Shown one piece after another: positions 49,943-63,660 of a stretch of DNA of 64,000 nucleotides. The stretch is from positions 186,001-250,000 of the forward strand of contig NC_134035.1 of assembly GCF_964204645.1 (NCBI RefSeq). The letters are read 5' to 3'. Each line of letters begins with the position of its first letter. The first letter of the stretch is position 1. The stretch comes from Tubulanus polymorphus (lineage: Eukaryota; Animalia; Nemertea). The position numbers were made by a program, and so were the translations under genes. The notes under the pieces are model-generated. The model saw only the letters and a list, made by a program, of their open reading frames with translations, made no database searches and was not told where the DNA came from.

Positions 49943-52900
49943 ATGAAATATTTCAGATGCCTTCGACGAATCAACTTCTCCTTTAAACATAGCAGGATTT
50001 CTCCAGCAGAGGAGGCTGTCGTCAATATTAACTACCGTCCTTTCTCCACGCTTAAACGACTAGATAGTTCTACAGTTAGGGGCATCCCTTCAGTAGGGAC
50101 TCAGACCAGTCTTCACTCAACTTTTAGAAATCAAGCAGCAGCAGCAGCAGCTGCAGCAGTTTTCGGTGGCCATCGCTGCTACTGTCAAAATAGAATAAAT
50201 GATGATGAAGATTGGAGTAATGGTCGGTATCGTTTGAATTATAATCATAATAATAATATTATTTATTTCTTATATCTCTGTATACATTTCTGCGCAGTTT
50301 TCAAATAAACAGGGCTGTCAAAAGAAATAAAAATAGTCAATCAAATTGCCTAAAGAAGAATGTTTTTAACTCAGGTTTAAAAGTAACTAAACTAGTACAG
50401 GATCTGATCTATAAGGTTAAACATTGCTGCTCTAATTTTAGTTCTATATTGTGAAACTGGGCCCTGGTCCTCTAAACAGTCCGATATATGGTACTTAACT
50501 TAAGGAATGAAAGCTGATTGAAATGTTCAGCGCTGTACGACTCCCATTATCAATTAATGTTTTCAGTATCAATCGATGATGAATTGAATGATGATGATGC
50601 AGTTTATCGTGAATGTATTAGTGAACAGTATATTCTACCAGAGGAAGGACAGCGAGTTCTAATCATACAACCAGGTATAATATAAACGCTCGCTTGAAAT
50701 GCTGTTTACGTACCGGTATACAATTTCTTACAACAGTAGCGTCAACAGTAGTTCAACAGTCATTGGTTTGATTTAACTCTAAAATCAAAATTCAATTTTG
50801 ATGTATTTTCCCCGAGAGACAAATTCTATACGTGAACCACGGAACTGGGTGTTGCTCTTGGTCAAATTTTTGCTGTTAGGTTAAATTTGAACTTTCATCA
50901 TTTCAGATATCAAATGGGGCCCGAAACGTCCGAAGATCACTTCAGCCGCTTTACAAGTAGAAGAGGGATGTGCTTTAATCAGGACATTACCTAAATGGAA
51001 TATTACTGAAACTGTATGTGAATCCTGTGTCTCATGCAGTCAGAACTCTACTGAATAGGGCGCGCAGTTACTGTGATACTCATTTCTTATTTCAGAAAAC
51101 TATTTCATTAAAACACGTTCATCCTCGGACTATTTTCGGAAAAGGTAATTACGCCGATTTAACTCGGTTAATCCGATCGCGAGCGAACGGAATGACCGCC
51201 GTTTTTATAAACGTCGAGATGTTAAATTCGATACAACTCGCCACGATGCAATCCGATTGGAATATTCCCATTTACGACCGCTACACGATCGTCTTACAAA
51301 TATTCAAAGTTCACGCCCGGACCAACGAAGCTAAATTACAGGTGGCGCTAGCGGAGTTGCCGTATTTCAGATCGCGTCTGCGCGGAGCTCATGACGGTAA
51401 TTTGAGTCGACAGCGCGGGATGTTGTCTGAACTCGGTGGAGACTCAGATGTGTTTATTGACACCAGACGCAAGCATTTACAGGTAATACTTTTACATTTA
51501 CAGGTAATACTTTTATATTTACAGGTAATACATTTACAGGTAATACTCACAGTTATGGGTAGTATTTACATTGACTGTAATACTGATAATTCATTAGATC
51601 TTTAAGACATTGTTTTGATGTATTGTTTTCCAGGACCGTGAAAGTAAAATCAACAAAATCTTGACGAAATTAAAAAACCAAAGGCAGATAATCAGACAGT
51701 CTCGTAAAAAGAGACAGATTCCCATCGTAGCAGTCGTTGGATATACAAATTCTGGTAAAATATTGACTGCGTGGTTTCTCCGGTGCCTTGTTTAAGTTTC
51801 TTGTTTAAACGATAAAATTCGCTTTCAGGAAAAACTAGTTTGATAAAGGCTTTAACCGGTGAAGAGAATATGACGCCGAAAGATCAGCTTTTCGCGACGT
51901 TGGACATCACGGCTCACGCGGGTAAACTATCGAATGGTTTAACCGTGATATATTTAGATACTGTAGGGTTTATTCGAGATATTCCCACTGGATTAATAGA
52001 CGCTTTCTCTGCTACTCTCGAGGATGTTTTAAATGCTGTAAGTATCAAATGCTTCATGGAACCTCGTTGCAACAAAACTTCATGGGACAAGAAATTATGT
52101 TCGTCATAACAAATAGTTCATGATATCCAGTATAGAATTATTGAAATTTTCCTATTATGGACAATATTCTAGGTTTGTAATTTTGTCAGTACAACAAATA
52201 CCTGAGTCTCAGTTTTGTATGCGTCGGTCTAGAACATCCCCCTAGACTGGAACCACCCTTAGTCAGTAACCTGTCTGTGGTTTAGTTTCATGATCGGATA
52301 TTTTCACAAACCACATATATATGTTGGTATAAGCCCATCCGACTATAAAAAGCTTACCACCAACGATTAGGTAACTAACTAGAACCACCCTCAGCCTGGA
52401 ACAACCCCCCCCCCCCCTATATTTTTATTTTTTATCTAGGATGTTTTGCTGCATGTTCGAGATGTCAGTCATCCAGATTCAGAAGCTCAGAAATTACACG
52501 TCAAAGAAACTTTACAAATGATGGATCTTCCGCAGAATCTTCTCGATGATACGATTGAAGTTTGCAACAAATGTGATAAATTAGACGAGTAAGTTGATTT
52601 ATCTTTCACAGCAATTCATCATATTCTTCACAGTATTATTGCAAGGAAATGTATTTTTTCTAGAATTCCGAGTCCAACCGAAGATTCATTCCTGACGTCT
52701 GCAGTCAGCGGTTTAGGACTCGGAGAACTCGGTTCAAAAGTTGAAAAACTAGTTTTGGAGTCAAAAGGAATATTGACGAAAAAATTAAAAGTACCCGCGA
52801 ATGGAACTCATCTCAGGTAATTCCACAGTAAATCCATCAGACAGTTTACCTAGCACATCATAAACATTTAGTTCATTTTGAAATGATTTTCCATCTAGTT

Positions 52901-53222
52901 TTTAGCCACTAGGCGAGTTATGTGTATCTGAATTAACTGATGAACCTTTGAGATATTTTAAGACAAGATTTCTATATATCATTGATGGATTTTAGTTGAA
53001 TCTACGATGTGCGCACATTGCTGCTCGGTAAATCCTCACTTGCCACAGTAAATCTCCGTGCCCTCAGAGATCGTCGTGTCTCGTTTCAGCTGGTTGTATA
53101 AAGAAGCGACAGTTCAACGTGTTACTACTGATGAATCTGGTTATAATCTATTAGTTCATTGTTTAATGTCACCTGCTGCTTACGGAAAATTCAAATCTCA
53201 GTTCGGAAAGAAGAAGTCGTGA
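49943..53222 (+). CDS. GTPBP6: HflX-family mitochondrial GTPase
   Basis: Transit-peptide-like N-terminus. Motifs IFGKGN, DRYTIVLQIFKVHARTNEAKLQVALAE, G1 GYTNSGKTSLIKALTG, LFATLD, DTVGF, NKCD, SAVSG. Exons approx. 49943-50222, 50567-50674, 50907-51013, 51096-51482, 51633-51754, 51829-52037, 52440-52588, 52664-52816, 53090-53222. Confidence 0.93.
52260..52381. mobile_element. ~120-bp MITE with TAGTCAGTAACCT/AGGTAACTAACTA TIRs and 10-bp TSD
   Basis: Flanked by GAACCACCCT on both sides; same family as 38871-38985. Confidence 0.85.
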
Positions 53223-53407
53223 CGGAGGACAGTCTCGCCACCTGTTGGAAGACTACATCATTTCGAGCAACTTTGTACAAACACAAAATTTAGAATTTAG
53301 AAAATGCAAAAATAGTATATATTTTCATATAAAAATAAATGCACATTGTTAAGTTTCTAAGAATCGGTTGTCAGGATCGCCACCTCCATATTGCCGGTCG
53401 ACGATAT

Positions 53408-54450
53408 TTAATGGTCGCCATTTTGATTGTTTTGTTGTTTTTCGAGAATGAGATCCATGTATGCGCCAGTTATCAGATCTGTTTCATTGATACCTAATTT
53501 ATCCATCAGATGATTAGCAACGGCTTCACCTTCGCTGACGGTTTGATCAGGATTTAGAACAACCTGCAAGACAAATATGAGGCTTCATGTGCGGAAACGA
53601 ACTGTGTACGGGCAACTCTGGCACCGGAGTGAGGATTGGAAATATTGAAACGAAAATTTTGCGATTTCCCGAGTTATCATAGTTAAGAGTAAGGCAGTGT
53701 TGAGGGTTTTATTGTACTGGACCCGGTTTCACAATTTGACTCAGGAGTTGAATTATTAAAAACGTTTTAACTTGGAGTTAACTCTGAACTGACAACTGTG
53801 AAACTGGATTGTGTAATTTCTATACTTTCATCTGAACTACCTCTAATTCCATGAAATTGCCGAGTCCATCAACCTGGTCTAGATGAACCCTCGTTTGTCC
53901 GATCATGTAGAGCAGACGTGTTTTCTTCACTATACCCTTTATACCGAGGGCTCTTTTAAGAGTTTCCTACTAACAGAAATTAAAGTTAAGAGTTGGATGT
54001 CTATGTAACAAACATCCCGAGCTAAACGGATCTGATTGAGCGGAGTCAGTGACGATCAACACTTTCCATTGTAACCCGTACAATGTCTGGTATTCTGATT
54101 ACACTATAGGATGTACCTTCAAATCTTCAGGATTGCGGACTATAGTAATGTGGTAATCGCTCTGTTTCGGACCACTCTGATTGGAGCGCTCATATTGTAT
54201 CAGCTGACCAATACCCTGAAATAAAACAGAAAATAATCATTCACATCTAATAATACGACTTACACAACGTTGTAGAGACCGTCGGTTGCCGTACCTTAAA
54301 TTCTCTCAACTTTAAACGACCGTTTGGTACATGAAAGAATGTATCTTCTTGTTCGAGAATCTCTTCTGGTAAATTACTCAATTCAGACGCAACTTTTTTC
54401 AGCGTCTCGAAATAGGTGACTTTCGCTTTGATTTCCACATTCGCAGGCAT
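53408..54450 (-). CDS. CYTH-domain protein, CyaB / class IV adenylate cyclase-like, 4 exons (~178 aa)
   Basis: Exons 54450-54295, 54215-54117, 53966-53841, 53563-53408, all phase 0. Motifs NVEIKAK, QEDTFFHVPNGRLKLR, LIQYER, VKKTRLLY, TRVHLDQVDGLGNFMELEVV, AYMDL. Confidence 0.88.
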
Positions 54451-55848
54451 AGTTATAAATTGACGACACAAGGATTGGATCTAAAAATAAATTGGTTTTA
54501 GCATGTCATTTATTAAAACGCAAATTTTTTATTAGTAGACTAATAGACACCGCCTAAACTATTCAATTTATTTCTCAATTGAATTGTAATTACTTAAAAC
54601 AAGCTAGGTCCATATCATATCATACAAAAAAGCTCAGTCAGAGCTATCACAGTTTCTTTCTTTAAGAAAAAGTAATCAATTGCCCAGTTCAGAAATACTA
54701 ATTATGGGATTCGAACCCTAAAAGACTTCATTTGATCGAACCAAATCCTCTTATTCCAAACTAAATAAAACACGATTAAAATGAATAGAGACATAGAAAA
54801 TGTACGGACTAAATGTATGATTCTCTAAATGATTACGGGATGGGATGTCATTTTCAAATAAGGGGATTAGCGCTAGTTATATGTACCTTTACTTACTAAA
54901 ATTCTAGACCAATTCGACTGCGCTATTTTTCTCCTCACACATGAATACATTACTTCATCAAACTAAATTACCGTTCACAATAACCTGAAAAACCTTCAGA
55001 TTTTATTAACTTCAAATGTCTACAGAAAACCGAGATCTTTCAGAAAATCTGTCACCAACATTTATATCAATTGGTGAATATTTTAGAACTATTTTTGAAG
55101 CCGCTTCACATCCTCCTCCTTATGGGACGAGCGGCATGCCGGGATACAGGGTCTATCGAGGTATCAGCAGACTCCTAGTATAACACAAACTATCCGATAA
55201 CCAAGTAACGCAACGATGATAGACAAGTTCAGAGTTTTTTTTGATAATCTAATAATCATTATCATTCCTTAAACAAATAAATAATAACTTCCGTAAATTC
55301 ATAACCAGAACAAAATCATAGAATCATGTGGGACTAAAAATATAAGGATGATACAACCCGACGATCCAGCCAGCAACTGGCAGTCGGTTTTTATTTTATA
55401 CATATAGGTTGCATTCAAACCCGGTGACATGTACAACGACGGCGCTGAGTCGTTCTACCGTGAGTCTATGGTTCTTCGGAATTGAGTAAATGGCGTATTT
55501 CAGGGGGAAACAAAGACGTTGAATTGTTGTAAATAGGAGTGATCTAGGGGTGTGTTTGCCCTGAAGGGCGTCAGATACTGGATTTATCTATCAATTCAGG
55601 TCAGTTTGTATTTAATAGTTGTAAATCTGAAGCTGAATTTCGCCGTTACGAACAAGAATTCATTCATATTCATTTCGAAATCCCATTAAAAATGGGGATC
55701 GATCAATTTAAATTTAGATTTATTATCCCAACCCTTGGTATTTCTGACGTCATTTCGTGGTGTATTAAGTGTTAATTGTTGTGATTGATGTAAAATGTTT
55801 TGATTATTGTTGTTGTTAGGTCCGACAGGAAAGACGCCTTGTGTAACG

Positions 55849-58800
55849 ATGGTAACGGAATCGGTAAACCGTGTTAATTCGACCACCGGGTGCGGTATGA
55901 ACTCGAAAGAGTTGGGTGAAAATGACGATCTCGCTACAGGAATGATCCTTGATTCATATCTTCTGTTTACAACTCATAAAATGAATCCAAAGTAAGTGAT
56001 TTGTGAAATTTTGGAAATTTTGAATTTTCTTGTGCCGCGCATAAAGAAACCCCCGTAACTACAGTGTTAACTGCTATCATTATTAACACTGGAGCCACTT
56101 CACTTAAAAGTGGCTTCATTGAAGTCCTATCAAATTGATGGATTTACAGCACTTGAATTTAACGCTGGCAGCAGCAGCATCAGCCTCATTTGCTGCTGGT
56201 AATAAGATAATTGCTGATGGTTTGAATCCTTATTATTGTTGACAGCGTGACGTACATTTCTGATATACTACGTTGTTATTATAATTACCCTTGTGGTTGA
56301 ATAAATTATCTGTTATTAAACGCAATCATCATAAATTTTCACACTTAACAAATAACTCATTTTATTTAATGATTTATGATATTCATTACATAACAATGAC
56401 GTATAATCGATAAACAATTTCAAGGTCTATTTATGAAAAATTCATTTGTTTTTGGAGCTTGTTCGTTTCTATTTCATTGATTTTGAGAAGATTTCCCCGG
56501 GTGATTCAAAATTCAAGCCTATTAAACCCTTTATATGTTACATGTAATTGTTAACAATGTTACAATGAAGGCAATATGAATATCTCCGATGGATTAAATC
56601 CTATATTTTGCTAGCATTAACCCTCTATCTATAATACACAACATTCCGGGAATCAGTTAAAACTCATTGAGATAGGATTTACAGAACGTTCCATAGCGCA
56701 ACAACTTACGTCAAACTATTTTTGGTAAATTTGGGTTAATTATACCTCGAGCTGCAACAAATTGATGATTTGTTTCAAAATTATGGCGTCAGGCGCCCAG
56801 TCCCAGACAAAATTGGCCTGGGGCCGGTTGCTGAAAAGTTGGTTAGAGTTAACCAGTGGATAGTTGACATAGTGACAATTGAAAGTTCATTGTTACTATG
56901 GTATTTATGAACCGGTTATCTTTTACCAATTTTTGAGCAACAGAACCCAGGTTTAAATCTTGTTATTGATTGTCGATATTGACGATGGTTATTATTATTT
57001 TCAGGTATCGTCAGTCTAAATATCGATTAGAAGAATGGAAATCAATCGTAGCTCAATTCATTAAAGATCAGTTGTACGAAAAAGCGTTTAAATCATTAAC
57101 AAACAATGAAATGATGCAGACGTTCGTCAGTACAAAAACAAAACTACAACAACGAACGTTTAAACAACACGTGAGTTCACTTGAAAATGTTTTAATCAGC
57201 GGGTGGTACCTGTACAATCAAATTTCAAGTGAAAATTGTCGTCTAATTTAGATATTTCTCCTTGAACACTTCCTCAAATTCTGGAATGATGTCAGCGCGA
57301 TACGGCAAGCTCTGAATTAATGATAAGTATTGATTTTGTTTTGTAGGTGTTTCGGTATCTGAGAATGTTCGACCGCAACGCTGGTTTTACGATTAAACCT
57401 TGCGCCCGGTATTCAATGGAAGGAAACATCGGTGGAAAGATCTGCGCTACTAAAGAATGGTAAATAATACACAGTTTGATCACGTGTTGTTAACTCAATG
57501 AAAGCTAGATAATCATAGAAAGGGATCTAGTTTTTAACTCGATCTCACATTTGTGGAACTGGATCCAGGTTCGAATCCCTGCCGAGAGGGATGAAACCAA
57601 TGTCAAATTGATGCCAGATAACTGAACATTTCAATTGACGATGAATTAATTACAATGTTTGTAATCAAGGATTAAAGAATTTGAGTGGATAATCGATGGT
57701 TGACTATAATAGTATTTGATTTTAATTTCCATTAGGTTCAAACATGAAAAGATAGAAATGTTGGTCGGTTGTATCGCTGAATTAACGAAACAAGAAGAAT
57801 GTGAATGGTTGAAAGCTGGTATTAATGATTTCAGTATCATGTACTCGTGTCGTAAAAACTGTGCTCAACTATGGCTCGGTCCGGCCGCTTTTATTAATCA
57901 CGATTGTCGACCTAACTGTAGAGTAAGTTCATTTCAAATTCTATAAACTTGAATACGAGAAAATTCAGAAACAGAAAATTAACGAGATATTTCATCAGTC
58001 GTGCGATGTTTTATTTATTCTACGAATGGAGGAAATATCAGTCTGTCATTTTTGATAATTTTCACAACAACCATTTCGAATTGTTTTGTTCCTTTGTGCG
58101 GTGTTTATGGTTCCTTCATTGGCGTTCCATACATCCCGTCATGTGTTTATATATAATGGGCCTATGTATATTAATTATTAATATTTCTATGTTTTTGTGA
58201 TGAGTCGGGTATGTGAGATGTTTCAGTGAGATTGTTTTGTTTTTAGTTCGTACCGACTGGTCGAGATACAGCGTGCGTTAAAGTACTACGCGATATCGCT
58301 CCCGGAGAGGAGATCACCTGTTTCTACGGTGAAGACTTTTTCGGCGACAATAATTGCCTTTGCGAATGCGTGACGTGCGAAAGGTTCGTGTTTAATGTTG
58401 CATTATTTTAGGATAAGGATTTTATAGATGTGATTTAAATGTTTGAATTGTTGAATTGCTAGGCGACAGATGGGAGCGTTTACGGTAAAAGGAAAACGCG
58501 ACGCAGCGGGAGCCGAAGAGAACGGGTATAAACTACGAGATACAGACGTACGACTGAATCGAGGTCGCCGTTCAAAAACTAACAACAAAACGAACAACAT
58601 TGTTGACAGCGCCGACGACGACGATATTTCTAATTTACGCCGTTCGAGTCGAGGACTTATAAGTACAGGTAAACAACAGCTCCCTCTACTTTATTTTACT
58701 CACATCTGAGGCATGGTTTGTTCAAGTACCAAGTGAGGACAAACCCTCCATTTCAGTCAAATAAAACTAATGCATGTCAACTGTAGATTAATGAGAAAAT

Positions 58801-60721
58801 CCTTTATATGATAAATTTATTTGAATGAAATCACTGTTTTGCCCAGAATCGGGACAGAAAGGAAAAGCTGGGAGTTTATACTATCCTGTGTCTGGTCATT
58901 CCACCTGATGAAACGTTTTGGCTTCATATCCATAAATTCATCAATTAGAAATCTATTGTTGGACTTTTCCGACCAATTACCCTCTGTCAACAACCTATTC
59001 AGATTATTTCTTGAGTTCTTAAAAACTCAAATTCTGCAACATCTCAAATTACAGCATGTAAATATTTTTCAGAAAACTGGGACAAACGTGCGAAGAATAT
59101 TGAGAAATTTGCGCATTTACTGAGTCCAGTAGAACTGAAACGTCGTGGTATAACGCGTTACGACGCCGAAATGTTACTATCTCAGGGATATAAATTACCG
59201 GAACCTAAAGTCGTAATCAGCAAAGTGCCTTATCAGAGTCATTATAAACTGAATGTGGACGGAAACCTCGCCGAGAACAGCAGCAGCAGTACGCGTAGAT
59301 CCTCGTCATCTGCTGCGTTACCCTCGCGTAGTACCTCGTCGTTAACCTCGCGTTCTTCAAACGATAGTTCATACACGTGGAAACGTCACAGTTTACCGGG
59401 CGAGAACGTCATCGAGCAGATCCTCATTTCGCACGGTCCGCGTAACGCACCCGAGCGTCGGTTATCTCCACGACGATCCAGGAATGAGGATTATAACACT
59501 ATATCACGTGATCGGACTTCCGATGTTGGTACCGGAGCGGAAATAGTGAAATCTCAGCGACTAAATTCAGGAAGTGAAGAAGACGACAATAGTTCGAGTA
59601 TCATCCGTCCTGCGAGTTCCGATCCCAGTGGCGCTACGTCGTTTAGTGATACCTCGGTTACGACTAGTCAATCAGCGGTAACTACGCCGGTTACTCGTTT
59701 CTATGGAATACGTGGCGGTGAATCGGAAAGAACTATAGGTGGCGCCGCGCGTAAAGGTACGACCCCCGTGCGTCGTCAACGTCGTAAAAATAGCAACAAA
59801 GCGAGCGACCAATACGGTATCCTAGCAACGACTAGAGACGAAGATCAAATCGACGGTAGCGCCGCGGTCATTAGTAAAAATACGGTTTACCGTGCGGACT
59901 GCGGCGAGGACGAGGTTACATCGAGTTGTCGTAAACGTCGTCGGTCCGGTCGTCTGCTCGAAAATCTAACAAATATAGACGCGGCGACGACATCTCCGCC
60001 GATCAGTGAGAACTGTCGAGTCACCCGCAGTCGTTTAAATAGTCCGTTAAAATATCGATCGGACTCCGACGATTCGAATTGCCCGAGTTTGATCGGCAGC
60101 AATAAACAGAAATCGGAGTTATCGCCGACGACGACGCTGAAACTCGACGTTTATGATTTCGACGATGACGAGGATTTCGACGATCGGGATGAGAAAGTTT
60201 CTAGTTACAACAATCTATCAAATGGTCGCTACGGGAAACGAGCTAAATCGACGGCGGCGGCGTCCGATAATGAGTTCACCGTACCGATATCGCCGGTTAC
60301 GCGTAGCGGTCACGTCGGAGCGGTCGTCAAAAATAAACAGCCGAAAATTTCGATTAAAATGAAAGATTTGGTGCAGAAATGCGGAACGACTTTAAACACG
60401 ATTAATAGCAACGGATGTAACCACGGAAACTCGTCGTCGAGCGACGTGTCGTCGGCGTTAAACGGCGAGCGGAAAGTTCCAAAAATACCGAAATTAAAAA
60501 TACGCATGCGTCGCGATATAATGCTGGACGAAAGCGGCCAATCATCGGACTCGGATACGAGTTCACGTAAGAGCGTACCGATTTACGAGGTTTTACACGA
60601 ACCGGTCGACGGCGACGATACCGCGATACCGGTATCAACGCATCAACGTAAATCACCTCTTAAACGTCTACGTTTGAAATTCGGTAACGAACCAGTGACG
60701 GTTGTTAATTTGCCTCAGTGA
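55849..60721 (+). CDS. KMT5B: Histone H4K20 methyltransferase SUV4-20 (KMT5B/C ortholog)
   Basis: [24 protein letters not shown]; SET domain [32 protein letters not shown]; [27 protein letters not shown]; YKLRDTD.RL. Exons 55849-55991, 57005-57170, 57347-57459, 57736-57922, 58247-58383, 58463-58668, 59073-60721. Confidence 0.95.
56821..56947. mobile_element. Degenerate MITE (GGGCCGGTTGCT..AGCAACAGAACC) in a KMT5B intron
   Basis: Imperfect TIRs with CWG flanks. Confidence 0.5.
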
Positions 60722-61217
60722 AATTTCTAGAGACTTCCTTGAAATTGATGAATCTCCATCTTTTTAACGAGAGGCGCCTTGTTTTATGATTTAGGTCGTG
60801 TTGTAAGTGAAACTGTCTTCACGCGGTTATGAGTTACAAATCAATAGTTATTGTGCATCATCAGGTTTTTTATGGTGGCTGATTTAGGGTCATACAAAAA
60901 ATCTTTTATTTTCTCGTAGCCGAAAACAAAAAGTTTCAAATTCTGGCAAGAGAAAAAAAATGGGCCAATGTAAAAAAATGTATCATGTGTCTAGCCATTA
61001 GTGAAAATTTGTCACCGCCATAGTTGTTTAATTGTGAGAGTACTGAAATCACGTTGTTCCGGGCAACCCTCATCCTACTGCAGTGGGTGTCGCCTAGAAA
61101 TTTGATTTAGACAAAGAGCAAATTTAGAATGTCTCCCATATTATGAATTTTTGATACTTCTAGTAAATGAATTATGAATATTGAATAAACCGTAAAGGGA
61201 CTTCAGTTCTGTTCCAG

Positions 61218-61303
61218 GACCCAGTTCCACAGTTGTGACTTTAGTTCATTTTCGATGAGTTAACTCGGAATCAAATGTTTACTTAGAACTGTGGAATTGG
61301 ACC
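61218..61303. mobile_element. MITE related to 31473-31569
   Basis: CAG|GACCCAGTTCCACAGTTGTGA...AACTGTGGAATTGGACC|CAG. Confidence 0.7.
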
Positions 61304-63246
61304 CAGATTTACGTTTTGTGTGAGAAGCTAATAATACTAATAACTTCAGTAATCACAAAACAAGATTTACTAAATTCGATGCTATCTGTTCAGAACAGAT
61401 GTATTCAATTCACTCAATATTATATTAATATTTGTGACTTACTCGGAATAAGATACAATAATACTTATTACATATATAATGATGATTATGATATTTAAAG
61501 TTGAAAATGAACTGCTCATTACAAAAAAAAACCATTTGTTTAAGAAGAACATTTCTATATTAAGGCATGATTAAATAATATATCGTAACTTATCAATAAT
61601 CGGAAATTAGAAATGATTCTTCATTTATCTCTAGTCGAACAATATTATTGATGCGAAAATGTGAATTTTAATTCGAATTATTTATTGAATATTATTTATA
61701 TTTAACAAACTGAGGGTCAGTGGTTCGTCGATACAGTGGTTAACCATTGAGTAAACACTGATCCCTGAATGGCAAGATCACAATTAAAATATTAGTAATT
61801 TATTTGTTACATTTTGTAATTAATGAATTAGTCAGTTAAAAAATTGAAAGCAAAATGTCCTCACTATATTGTTTGAATGTCGTGGGACCAAAAATGATTT
61901 TAGTTTTAGTAAATATTTTACTTGAGATGATTATAACTGATCTTATATATGCTGAGATATATTTTTCTCGTCACTCGGTGCACCGATAAACCTTTCCCTG
62001 TAACAGAAAATACGGTTTTCGTTATCAGCCGTTTGTTCCCGGGTTCCTGATAGAAACAGTCAGCGAAAACCGCCGTGAATCCGTTGTATATATACGAGAT
62101 ATTACTACTGCACGCAGGTATTTTTCTATGAAGATTACAAAATAACCACTATTCTTACTGGTTGGATTCAATATAGCTTAGAGGGGTCGGGGTTCAGTTG
62201 TTTAGTCGAACTGTTTCCGCAGTTGGTATTAACCGAGGTTTTGTAACTAATGGTAAACAGTTATGCGCAACTATCAGAAAACAACCCTTGAACAACTGAC
62301 CAGTCATTTATGATAATTTGTTATATCGTATCGTTCTATTGTCATCGGTCGGCAATTTATATTTGAGTGGAGTATTCAGATACTAATGAGAAAAAAAAAA
62401 CGTTATTGTTGATTCTTAAGTGTTAATGGTAACTATTAATATTTAATAGTAAACAAACTTATTTATAATTAAACTATTTCTGTATGGTGTAAATGATATA
62501 TTTGTGTTAAATGAATGATGAATTGAAGAACAAACACTTGATGGAGAATAAAACCCGGCTGGGCACCATGTTGTTTAAGAGTTGTGCATGGAGTACGTAT
62601 AATGGCCAGGAGTTACACTTCGAGCCAACGACTTCTAAATGCATTCGACTCCTTTAGATGTGTGAAATTGTATCAAATAAAAAAAGGAATTTTAAATCAC
62701 CACATTTTACGTTATTTTTCTTTAATCAGTGATGACAGGAACAGAAATCATTTTGAAAAATGTCGATATGAAGTCCACCTCATCAATAGTTACTAAATAA
62801 TTAACCATTTATGACTTGTAATTTGAACTTGGATAAAATTCAAAAATTCTTGAAGCTTCTCAAATTATTTTTTATCCATTGAAAAACAATTTCTATTAGC
62901 AATATCAGGAAATATGTATTTTTAGGGGGAGAAGTGTTTATTGATATTGCCCGGTTTGCAGGATACCTTTTTTGTTCCAGAATCATCTGTTCTACTTCCA
63001 TCAAAGAGAGATGATTAGTGCAGTAAAATCAGTTCTAAAATAGTCAGGGACCAGCGATCGAAGACGCAGTTTGCAACCTGCTAGGTTCAAGTATTTTAGT
63101 ATGGTCATGGACTAGTTTATACGTCCATGGTATGGTGAAGCATCCGGTCCTCCACAGATCAATACCAGTTTTTTTCTCATCGAAATTACCTGGCATGCGC
63201 AGCACAAAATGAACAACCCTAATTGTGTATGGTAGTTGTCTAAATT

Positions 63247-63319
63247 TAGTCTGAATACAAGTTGTTGTTACAGGTTCCCTACAACCCGGTTTGTAGAACG
63301 ACGGCTAGGTACTAGACTA
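63247..63319. mobile_element. 73-bp MITE (TAGTCT..AGACTA) with 9-bp TSD, upstream of NCKAP1
   Basis: GTCTAAATT on both flanks; homologous to the element in each macrosatellite unit. Confidence 0.8.
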
Positions 63320-63660
63320 GTCTAAATTATACCTGGCCCCAGTTTGCCGCGAACGAATCTACTTCCTCGAAAGATAGGACATTCATAGAACTAATTAGAA
63401 CAAATTATTGAACATATATCTAAACATTCTTAGCGCCACTTTCATTTAGAAAAATTCGGAATATTTTCGAACCGTAACCAGTCTGCATAAAGACAATAAA
63501 GAAAATTTGGCTTGATTTTGTAAGCGGTAACCAGTCTCTATATTTGCCTGTGGTCAGTTTTACTAGGGTAATTCACCGTATTAAACCTGAGGCCTAATGA
63601 ACTGAGATTCGACTGATTAATCATACAGATTTAGAGAATCTCGCTAACCAAACGAGGATC

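Noticed and set aside
57568-57580. GGTTCGAATCCC tRNA T-loop/B-box (similar at ~49135 and ~54706)
   Set aside because: No cloverleaf or A-box in the flanks; isolated motif or SINE remnant.
59887-60656. Antisense and alternative-frame ORFs over the KMT5B last exon (likewise over RHNO1, NFYA, INTS12)
   Set aside because: Shadow ORFs of real coding exons.
63185-63196. ATTACCTGGCA resembling the U1 snRNA 5' end
   Set aside because: Downstream sequence does not match U1.
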